From Styela clava (Eukaryota): a stretch of 64,000 bases of DNA. Under the pieces are notes generated by a model that was not told the DNA's origin, did not search any database, and was given only the letters and a program-made list of their open reading frames with translations. Position 1 is the stretch's first letter; each line of letters starts with the position of its first letter. Below, piece by piece: positions 53,440-64,000 of the stretch. Position numbers and translations under genes: made by a program. The stretch spans positions 10,664,001 through 10,728,000 of the forward strand of contig NC_135262.1 in assembly GCF_964204865.1 (NCBI RefSeq), written 5' to 3'.

Positions 53440-53720
53440 TGGGTAAAATTAATTACGTCACTATAATATACGGTAATAGGGCCCTTCAAACTATACGAAC
53501 TGTCATCCAAGACATGCAGACAATAACCCAAAATCGACAAGCTACTTCTCTAGTTTTCTCGTCGAAATGATCCCGATATGAGAGAGATCGCTGCCATGAG
53601 CTGCTCTTTATCGTTGGCGCATACCAGGCGATCGTATGTATAGACTACTTTGGCAAGCTCTATGACGTGATTGTGACGTTTTAATTATGTAATTTTTGGA
53701 TGGCGTGGTCAGGTGAGGGA
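53440..53720 (-). promoter_or_regulatory. Probable promoter/first non-coding exon region for SLC35A3 (possibly also USP10)
   Basis: Local CpG-rich patch about 0.5-0.7 kb upstream of the SLC35A3 ATG, with TGACGT half-CRE motifs (~53663-53679) and a GATGGCG (YY1-like) motif. Confidence 0.4.
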
Positions 53721-54378
53721 TAGGATTGACATGTGCAAAATCGTTTTTGTAACGACTTTTCGACCCACAGACTTTCCCAACTACAAGACGGTTGAAGTTA
53801 TGAGTTTGTTCTACATTCGTTTCAAGAGTTTCTTTAAATTATAATATATGACATGTCTGCATGTGGACAGGATAGGACACTTATGCAAGGTCATCGAGAC
53901 ATGTCGATACTGTGGTAAATTACTGTGCAAAAATAAATTTAAGAATATTTGCATATTTGTGTTTATATATTTTTAATTTTAATAAACTCAAAAGGAGACT
54001 GAAAGCAGTCGGCCATGTTCTCTGATTACAAGATGTGCCGACATTTGGTTTAATAAATCAACACTCAACCGTATTTGTCTCTAAAACGAAGGCGTCTAGC
54101 ATGACGGCACATGATAGTTTGAATCAATATCCACGGAAAACTTTTTTTTCTTTCAGTTTTTTTTGAGAAACCCAGTGGTGATTTTTTAGATTGCACTCCT
54201 AGTTTATTGCAATATTGCGCAGTGCCTTCCCTATACATTTGCAAAAAATGTGCGACCTATTGCTGCATTGTAATGCAGTAATGCGATTACCAAAATCCAA
54301 CTTTTAACGGGAAATTCACTCTTCGTTCATATCTTAATATTTTAATTAAGTCTAGCGGCGCTGGTATTTCCACATCTA

Positions 54379-54411
54379 ACGGTACCGGTACGGTACCGGT
54401 ACCGGTACCGG
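54379..54411. repeat. Palindromic (ACCGGT/ACGGT)n microsatellite
   Basis: ACGGTACCGGTACGGTACCGGTACCGGTACCGG. Confidence 0.85.
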
Positions 54412-55211
54412 CGATAAGAGGGAGGCACGCACCTGGCAGATCTGACGACCACCTACCGGCACTATGAATGGCGGGTACGTAAATTAGAAACTGTGGAACC
54501 GGTAACCTCATTCCCCGACCCTTGACCCCATAAAATCTTTGACACCTATTTTGAGTGTTTTGAAGAGTTGGCACATATAAACTAGTTTATTTGACACGTC
54601 AGTGGACATAACAATCGTTTTGCATTTTATGCTGGCACTCACATCATTTTTTTTCTTTGACACGTTTCTAAAAAGTCACTTTGTCACGTTTTTTTGTCTG
54701 CGCTATGACGCCATACGAATTTGCCACTAGTTGGCGCTACGTGTCCATATATTTGAGTGTGGCTTTCTTGTATGTTCGTTCAGAAGCATTATTTTTGTAT
54801 AAAACAATTAGCCACGTGCCGCTTCGGGTATTGATATCCAATTTTAGCCTAGTCTATTGCAGCTTTTTCGAGAATAATTTTTGAATATTGTAACTAAATT
54901 AAAGCTCCCTGGACGTCATGCTGACACTTCTGTTATTTGATTTACAACTAACACAATCACACAACCGAAAACTGATAAATAACACGTAAAACCACGAAAA
55001 CGAGGCAATGTTTACACCCACGCTTGAATATCTATCTGAGAGAATAAAGTGTCCATGTTCTGAGCGGTCGCTTAATTTTAATTGTTACGTCATTTTTGAC
55101 TTATTGCTTATTTGTTATTGTTACGGAAATAAACAGGGAAATCGATGCTCTGGGAAACATCCGTACCATAACGTCTGTATTTATCAAATAAACAACTTCG
55201 AGAGTAGTTAT

Positions 55212-55594
55212 CAGAGAGGGGGGTGCACCTGCGACCCGCGGGCCAAATGGGCTCACAAGAAAAAATTGTGCGGCCCTCGAAGAAGTGCTAGTTTTGAATG
55301 GTGCGAGGCCCGCGAAACGAGTTTATAATTGTGTTTAATCTGGTACATACTAGTAATTTCAATCCATTTGTGTTGGAAAGCATATACCTGGGTCCAATTT
55401 ATTATCTATGCCTAGGACGTTACAATGCCACAATAGCTAGCATATCATAATGATAATACTCAAAATTTTTGTCCTTGCTACTACTAGGAAGCCTTTGTTA
55501 AATAAAGGTGCGGCCAGTGGTTTCGCCCAGTTATTTGCATCTGATAAAAGTTGTACCGCGGTGTATGCTGACCCCTTGTGGTTGCACACTCCTG
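55212..55594. mobile_element. hAT-like MITE
   Basis: CCTGCGACCCGCGGGCC...GCGGCCC motifs; ends GGTTGCACACTCCTG like the 51624 copy. Confidence 0.6.
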
Positions 55595-56798
55595 GTCTAG
55601 ATCAAAAGTTCTCAATCGGAAAAGCATTGTAGCACACGCTTTTACATCTCCCAGGTTGTACTGAATAGATTTTGTAAAAGCCGTTGAGTCTTGAAGTTTT
55701 TGTGGAAATTTTCATGGACGAGCGCAAATCCTGGAAAATCAAAAAATGAGCTTCTAGTTTAGTTGCTGTGATCAAAAGATATTCAATTCCAGCAGACCAT
55801 AGTGCCTGTCTTTATAATGTGGTAATATATTTTTGTATTTCTCTGTAAGCTATTTATCAGATCTTTGATTAAGACAGTCTCGACCGGGTCTTGGACTCCG
55901 ACCATCCATTACACATGCGAGAGAAAATATCTTTCTCGTTTTCTTTCTTCGGCCACTGGGTCGGAGGTCGGCTGCGTTTCGCTGTGTTCTATATATATAT
56001 TGTGGCTGTTTTAGGTGCAATAAACAACCAATCCGGAATCATCGCTATTGACAACCACAGTAGCAAAACCAAACTATGACAATATGCACTTATTCAACAA
56101 TACACAATTTTTTTTTGTATGAGTTGTATTTTACCGACTGCAAATGGAACATTTAGAAAACGTCAAGATAAACAAAAAATATATTATACTGTACAGAAAA
56201 TTAATTAACAGAATCACATTTAAAAAAAAACTTTCCTAACGCCGCTGATGGACCTAACAACTTGTAAATAATTGATTTATTGATCATATCCTAATAAGTA
56301 TACTTTAGGGTAGATCGTAAATAAATTGGCTGCAAAACGATTGGTCAATAAATAGAAATATAATCAAACTAGACTCAAAATATAGGAAAAAAAAGTTGGT
56401 CATGGGTGTCACAAAAATGGACCATGAAAAATTGCATTTTGGGTAAAAAATTCGTTACCGACGCGTTCCTAGTATAGAAAATAAAGTTGCGACAAAATCT
56501 GCATTTTAAATCCCGAATATATGTTAACTAGTTATTAAATATTAAACAATATTAATAGGTATCCAAAATTTCCCAGCTGTTGTTAGATGACAATGGCTAA
56601 ATTCTAAAGCTAAATATTTAACCTATCATATATTTCATTCATGTCATTATTCGTAATGATCTTTTTTGGTATTTCACCAAAAAAATTGCCAAATTATATG
56701 ACTGAAATGTACCACACGCCGTACACACACGATGAATTCCAACTGCATTTACGATTGGAGGAGCACTTTAAAATTGAAATTTTTTTTCAAATTCCAAG

Positions 56799-59700
56799 TC
56801 ATCTTTTCTGCGGTGAATGATTCTTCTTTGTTCCTATTTCGTTATTTTCTTTTCTTAGCGAACAATTAACTTGGTGCATAGCATCACGCGCAATTTTCAT
56901 TCTTCTTCGAGTTTCAAGATCCAATTGACGACCACGTTCAGTGAGTCTAAGTGCATCTCTACGTGCTTCTGATGAATACCAATCAAATGCTCGCATTCTC
57001 ATGTAAGACTGAAAAATTATATTAGGTTAAGATGTTTTAAAACATTGTTACATGCAGGGAACTATCAAAACATCTAACCCATAAATTTTTTAATTACTTT
57101 TACCAAAATGAAGAAAACTTTTCAACTCTTGAACTTCTGTTTGTGTATGATTGTACCCAAAAGTTTCAGTAATCTATGAAATTCTGCACAGATGATATAT
57201 TTCTAATAAAATATGTTTTTAATAACGTGGTTTTTGTTTTTTGTGTCATCCTATAATTGATTACGTGGTCGGTGTAAATTACTGATTTTTACGAATCAAA
57301 AAGTAGGAAAATATCCATAATCGAATTCAAAATATACAAATATCATTCATTTCTCCCTCATACCAGGGATTTATCACACCAACACACATTTTTAAACACG
57401 CTCGACGCTATCGCGAGTTGGTTAGTTTTACACACTGTGACAAATTACCTTGATAAGTAGAATTACCACATATAGTAATGTTAGTATATTGTGCGAATCA
57501 AGCTCACTAGGCCAAAAATAAATATGAGTGCTGCAATGTTCAAGCATGTTAATGTAATTGGAACTAGACTAAGATGATATACGTGTATCTAAAGTATTGG
57601 CTGCGATTAATATGATTATCCCATTAAAGCAAACGGTTTAGGTTGTTTTGTGATTGTATACCAAATATTACCCTTCGCGTTATGGTAGCCATGGCTCAAA
57701 ATCTTCAAATTCTGCAAACGCGGATTTTTAGTACCAGGCTGTCGATCCATATGTGCTTTTTTACATATAGTGTCACTCACGCAATTTACACCCATAAACA
57801 AACACACATTCAATTGTTTATCCATAAATATTTTAATTTTTAAATCTTTTATAATACATTTGCAATGGTATTACATATAACGTTCATTCAACCATATGAA
57901 TAAAAACATACCAGAAAACAGAATGCGAAAAAGATAAAAGAAGGCAAAGTGAGAGAATAAGAAAAAACGAGAGAAGAGAAAATTGTGAGGTGAAAAAAGA
58001 TTGGAAACAGCTTTAGCGATATTACCGTATCTTCTGCTTGTACAGACTTCTCTTCAGTCGAAGTTTCGCTTGACTTTGACTCCTTTTTGCGTCGAATTTC
58101 GTCACACTGTTTAAAATAATGGCAAGAAGTTTAGTTACATCTCAAATAGACGGGGCATTACTGAGTGATAATTACTGAATGAATGCTGCCCAAAGTATAT
58201 TTAGTACGTACTTCATTTCGTAATCTCTCATTTTCTTCTTCTAATTCTCTTGCACGATCTTTCTCTCGCTTTACTTGTCTCGAATTTGTGTCGTCTGCTG
58301 ACTTTCTTTCCCCTTCCGAGAGCAGTCTAGATATCTAAAGAAAATAGAAGTGAAGAAAATATTATATACATATATATATATATATATAGATACACAGAAA
58401 TGTATAGCAACATTTATGCGGAGTATAAAAGGCAGAAAAATAAATCCCTAATCATGCATCCTGTTATTTGATACGAGTGCACCAAAATTAAAGCGGTAAA
58501 ATCGCTGGAGAATAGTAAACGAATGAACAAAAATGTAGATTACTTCTTTGTCATATTGATCTGCTTGTGCTTCCTTCATTTCTTTATTTACTTTTAGCTC
58601 GTGATTTAAATATTCAACCTGAATTATAAAAATGAAAGAAAAATAAGGTCGATTTTCATATAATTCATATATAGAATACAAGAAGTTTTTTTCATTACAA
58701 TACACGATTAATTTGCTTTTGTGATCTAGACTTTCAATTTTATCACACGTCACAAATACAAACAAATATATTATTGTTATTAGTCACCACACAATTATTA
58801 CAATATATACAGAATCATGTTAGTTTATAATTACATTGCACAAATCACTGAAAGCCGGGTGGTGGCATAAATGAAGAGAGAATAGAAAACACGAAAAGAT
58901 ATCAATTTGTTATAATTGCAACTGATTGTTATTGAAACATAATTGCTATTAACCACATATTAATTAGAACAACAAACAAATTAAAGTGCATTCGATTGGG
59001 TCAAATTTATTAACCCTCTAAACCAGTGCTTTTCAACCGGGGTTCCACGGAACCAAGGGTATTGGGGTTTTAGGAGTTCTGCGTGTTTCTGTTGGAGTTG
59101 ACTTTGTCCATTGTGTGTAAATTTCCCAATATTATTTATGCGAAAGAGTATTTTTTTGCTTCAACAACTATTAGGAACAAGTGAGCAATGCTCAAATATA
59201 TGGACACGAAAACCAAAACAAACGCGGAACCGTCACAAGAGGCGCAATTTTCCACTTTGATAACGTCATCGCACACAAAAACGAATCCGGGGAAGGGCAC
59301 AAAAATTTCGAAATGAATGAAAGTAATAGCCTTCTAGCGACAAATGCAATCTTTAAACATTCAAATTTTGAAACAATTATATGTGCATAAATATTTCATT
59401 GAGCAACACGGAGACACGTCTTAAGTTTGTGAGAGTAATACAAGAGCAGAAGACTCATTTATGAAAGTTTCTGAATGATTGGCAATAGGGAACCATTGGG
59501 TTCCAGGTAGATATAAAGGCTGAAAAGCATAGCATAGGCCTAACATAACAGCAGAACGAAAGAATGTGTTAGTACGACATGCAAGCTATGCAGTGAGACA
59601 ACATAAATCTTGACCTACCTGATCGATATAACATTTAGCCAAATCTTTGGACATCATCTGCTCGTGCGACAGAGCTTCTACTAATTCTCGCTTCTGATTG

Positions 59701-62700
59701 GTTGACGGACCAATAAAAACGAGCATGCAAGAAAAGAGAAAGAAGAAAATTTTAAGAGAAGAAAATAGGTTTTTAGGCATGCGCACATAAAAAAGATTGC
59801 AAGATCTTTTATATTTGGCTTAATCAAAAATTTAAGCCTCGCTACGACACAAAATTTTGATACAAGTTTGAGAATATCACATAAAATTAATAATACACCT
59901 TGGTTAGTTTTTTCAGATGCCATAACGTCTGAAAAACAGCAACAATTCGAAAAGAATTAATGAACAATCATTAATTTTGCCAAACTAAAATTTATGCAGA
60001 TATCGGCAAAATTTTAATTGAAATTCACATATATAGTAAGATTGAATGTTTAAGTTCACGTTTACAACACACAGAAAACAATCATTTATCTTGCAAATAA
60101 TGATTTTCTCAACACAAAAGTCAAATTAAATCATATAACAGGGCCGGCCATCCCTCAGAGCTTTGAGACGGGGGCTTTGAAAGACAAAAAAAATTTTGTT
60201 TTATCTTTGCTATTTTTGACTTCAGTAAACGACAATGATTTCGTTAGTTCTTCACCATTGCAAAATAAAGCTGCATTGTTACTCATTCAAAGAAGCAAAT
60301 CAAGCTAAAGAGTCAATAATACGAAGATATGTGAGAAAACTTATCGCTTATATTGGGTAATAAGGTTGCAAATATTCATTGAAAGTCTCACATCCCGGAA
60401 CAATATGTTCAAACTTGAAGGTTGTTAATAGACCTTGGTTCAGTTTTGAACCCCAAGACTAGCAGTCGTGATTTTTGCTGTATTATTCTTGCATTTTAGA
60501 ATATGGAACACACTAACACACAAAGGTAGTGGGAATAGAAAAAGTATCAATTTCTGCGCTGCTCTAACAATTACATTCAATCTATTTCCATTGCGTACAT
60601 GAATCCCATTTGCCGGAGTGAAATTTCTTGTCATTGCAATGCTTTCGCGGCAAAAATTAGCGGAGAAAAGGCGACTGACTATAGGTTCGGAGAACAATGA
60701 AATACTACTGCAGAAAAACGAGAGAAAATAAGTAAATCGCGACAACAAACCTGGTCGTTAAGTTTTTGATTCTCTTCTTCTAGTTTTTCGATTTTGTTTT
60801 CCGCTTGTTCCAGTTCGGTTTCTAATTCGGCAGACTTTTCTTCTGCCGCAAATTTATCGTGAGAAGCCTTTTTCTCAAGATTTCTCTGTTGAGCTAATTT
60901 TCCTTCGAGTTCGTCGTTCTGGGAGTAAATATATTAAATAATAAATATTCAAAAATGTAACAATATATATAAAAAAAATGAAAGAAAAGGTCTTTAGGTA
61001 TGTAATTTGGATAAAGCAGTTAATTGCAATACGCCAGGAATATAACTATGAGATAGTGAATTACATATAACTGAAGTTCTTGGAGAGAAAACTTTGGGCA
61101 TAAATTATTTTTGTCCGGTAGGTGCACTGACAGTGAACGGGTGAGAGCTTACAGACAAACAACCAAGTTTGACAAATGAAAAGTTTTTTTGGGCGAACAA
61201 AGTCCGGTAGTTCAGAAAAACACATCCTATTATAATATCTGTGAAAAGATCACAGCAACGCAACTGACAAAGAAATTTAAATTAAAAGTATTGTGAGTGT
61301 GTAGTTACCAAAGTTTGCAATTCTTGTTTTGATCTTTGACCTTCTTCCGCGTTTTCTTCTAATTTGTGATTTGCTGAATTCAATTCGTCTTCTAGTCTTG
61401 TATTTTCTTCTTGCAATCTCTTGTTGTGCTGTCTTTCGTGCATAAGTGCTAATGTTAAGTCGTGAATCTGAGCAAGGAAAACGTTTTGATAAACACAAAT
61501 ATATTACAATTACAACAATTAAAACGCGTTGCAAAAATTATCAGCAGATAATGTTTATTTTTTTATGAGAAAGGCAGCCAAAATAGCAATAGTATTTTCT
61601 TGTAACTCTCATTTTAAATCTTTCCGACAAACTACGTGGCATATGCATACATTAACCATTTGGTTTATAGAAAAAACTCACTCTTTGTTCCAGTTCTGCT
61701 TTCCCATCTGCAATCGCTTCATATTTTTGTTGCGAGGCAATCAATTGTCTTTGTAAATCTTCCACCTGTAATTGAGTGATGAACAAATAGGTTTTAATGA
61801 ACAACAATTTTATCAAAATGTCTCTTACGCAATTCATCATAAAAGATTATATGAAACTCACTGTCCCGCTCATTCTCTCGTATCGCTCTCTCTCCTTTTC
61901 TAATTTTTTTTCCAATTCTTCCAGGCGTTTTTTCAGAATAGCTATTTCTTCATCCGACTCTCTAAAAACCAAGAGAGTCAAATCATAAGAATTGCAGATA
62001 ACAATACATGATACATGTACATTTTAATATTGGTGAAGCTGCAGTATTCCGAGAGTATTCGTCAGATATTATAACAATGTTAATAATACAGTAACTGGTA
62101 AATTGAAACATTACGGGTATAGAAAAACAGAGATACTCCCGTAGTGCATGTACCAGGTTAGGGTTAGGCTGTAATTTTATTCTGATTTTCCTCATTTCAA
62201 TTCTATTACGAATTTACGAGTTCGGAAACTGTCTGTGTTAGCCAAGTGAATATACCCCCTGTCCATAGGCTTCATTCCCTTTACACAATTTGATGTAAAG
62301 TAGGCGAACAAAATTAGTCACCTCCATAGTGGTACATACACACTTCTGAAGCCGAAACGGATAACAAAATGGCACCACAAAAACACCTAACCGACACTAC
62401 ATCCATCTAAGTCTTTAAGACGTTTACACTCACCACAACCAAGTACACAGTATTACGATTAACGGATCGATAAAATTCAATTTATACTTTCAGTCAAGGC
62501 ATAAATCCATATATAATCTACTTGTTAGGTCACGGGTTCCTAATGAGGTGACAATTAACATCGATCGTTCATTAATGCCAAGAAACCCAAATGAACCGCA
62601 TTGCATAAAAGTTTTATCGACTTTTAGGTGCTACTTTGGGTGTGCGATGTGTGGGTCTCAGCGATTTTAGTTGGTATTAGGAACTGAATTCTTTGTGAGA

Positions 62701-63516
62701 ATGTCTTTCCAAAGTGGCATCGATTTTTTAAATCCCAACACGAAAAATCAAAACGCGAAAGCTAAGCAATAAAATAACATCGACAGATTGTGAATATAAA
62801 ATACTAATATAAATATAAATTGATAATTTGGAGGAAATGCATCTGTAACAAAGTTACTCAACAATATTGAATTTTATTGTTTGACTAGATTCCTCAAAGT
62901 AAAAACCTGACAAAACGCAAAGCTATTACAATTATGGTAACGCCAAATCAATAATTTGAACTTTTTTAAGCAATGAGTTTGAACAAGCGGTAGAGCTAGA
63001 TAGGCCTCTATCCAGTACGATTTTCTTGGTATAAATATTGGATGAACGATGAATTTGGATATTGAATAATATACAAAACAGGCAGTTGAATTTAATTCAA
63101 GTGAAAACTCGAAAAACAGAATGACCGAGACAAAGAAGAAACGCCCCATTCCCAACCCAGTCATTCAAAAAGACCCCATACTTCAAAAGAAATTTTTTTA
63201 AATATTTGTTGGAATTCAATTTTTCAGTCCGAAATTCCGCGAAATAATCCGAAGAGTTTAAAATTATCAACTCCGACAAACGAAAGTTGAAACTATTATA
63301 AAATTACTATATATCGTCCACTCACTCAGATTTTTCTTTGAGTAATTTTTTCAAGCGATCCATTTCTTCTTCCACCGCCCCTTTCTCGCTTTCTCCAGTC
63401 ACCAAATTTTTCTTCATACGATCAAGTCGAGCTTGTAAAACTGAAATTTTTCGATCTTTCTCGTCACGTTCTTGACGGGCTTCATCGAGTCCCGTTTTGA
63501 GAAGATCAGCTTTTCT
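56799..63516 (-). CDS. 3' portion of an unidentified long coiled-coil protein gene (5' end beyond the window)
   Basis: Phase-consistent GT-AG exons 63516-63326, 61961-61862, 61765-61682, 61467-61309, 60918-60751, 59693-59619, 58618-58544, 58334-58212, 58106-58026, 57008-56799. They encode E/K/R/L-rich heptad sequence (e.g. KADLLKTGLDEARQERDEKDRKISVLQARLDRMK; KSAELETELEQAENKIEKLEEENQKL) ending ...KKNHSPQKR*. I do not recognise the family. Confidence 0.85.
59024..59533. mobile_element. hAT-like MITE
   Basis: CAGTGCTTTTCAACCGGGGTTCCACGGAACC ... GGGTTCC...AAGGCTGAAAAGCATAG. A similar start occurs at ~38902. Confidence 0.6.
62133..62353 (+). mobile_element. Asymmetric subfamily of the Merlin-like MITE
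   Basis: Closely similar to 41995-42210 (CTGTCTGTGTTAGCCAAGTGAATATACCCCCTG; GATGTAAAGTAGGCGAACAAAATTAGT). Confidence 0.8.
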
Positions 63517-64000
63517 CTGCGAAAAATATATTTAAAAAGCTTTTGAATCAATTATCAAAATAGAGTTGATAGATAAATGATGAGAATAAAAACAAAACTA
63601 ATGATACTAGGAAAGCCAAAAAAGGCCAAAGGGCGGTTCCTGAAGTCCCATGAGTCTACGGATAGTTTTAAGTGGTCCCTCCATGAGCTTTGCTTGCATG
63701 GGGTTAAAATTAAATATTTGAAAGGGAATGCTGCCCATTCGCCATTGTGGATTAACTTGCAAAAGACGTCAAAGAAGTGGCAACTCCATGAACAAGGTTA
63801 CAGCATATGAAATTGTATTAATATTAAAGATTTTTTCAGGCTTTTTCCTTCAACAAATTATTCATGTTGTAATTTATTCAAATTCAAAGCGACGATCTTC
63901 AGGCAAACTATCAAAAAAGTCCACAGCACTGAAAATATCTGTAACCACTGATTTATAGCATTGCAATTTGCATGGATGGTAGGTAGTTGGTAGTTTTTTA

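Overview
AT-rich, intron-containing animal genomic DNA, not prokaryotic. Short GT-AG introns, chordate-like proteins and dense MITE/SINE content suggest an invertebrate chordate such as an ascidian (inference). I spliced exons by hand, checking GT/AG ends and reading-frame phase, and recovered six protein-coding genes: UBE2QL1-like E2 (-, 2 coding exons), the selenocysteine elongation factor eEFSec (-, 10 exons, ~567 aa) head-to-head with tektin-4 (+, 8 exons, ~445 aa), USP10 (-, 14 exons, ~708 aa), an intronless SLC35A3-like nucleotide-sugar transporter (-) just upstream of USP10, and the 3' part of an unidentified coiled-coil gene (-, 10 exons visible). Introns and intergenic DNA hold several non-autonomous DNA transposon families (hAT-like, Merlin-like, Tc1/mariner-like), two tRNA-derived SINE families, a LINE 3' end and a Helentron-like element. 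Most notable observations: a clear U12-type (minor spliceosome) intron in the USP10 Cys-box region; a possible SLC35A3-USP10 shared transcription unit (operon or retrogene in a 5' intron); a palindromic double RFX X-box in the eEFSec/TEKT4 divergent promoter; a G-quadruplex motif just after the TEKT4 stop; a Merlin-like MITE carrying TTAGGG and YY1 motifs; and over-representation of the palindrome TACCGGTA. I found no CRISPR array, rRNA or bona fide tRNA gene, and nothing I can establish as a new biological system from sequence alone.
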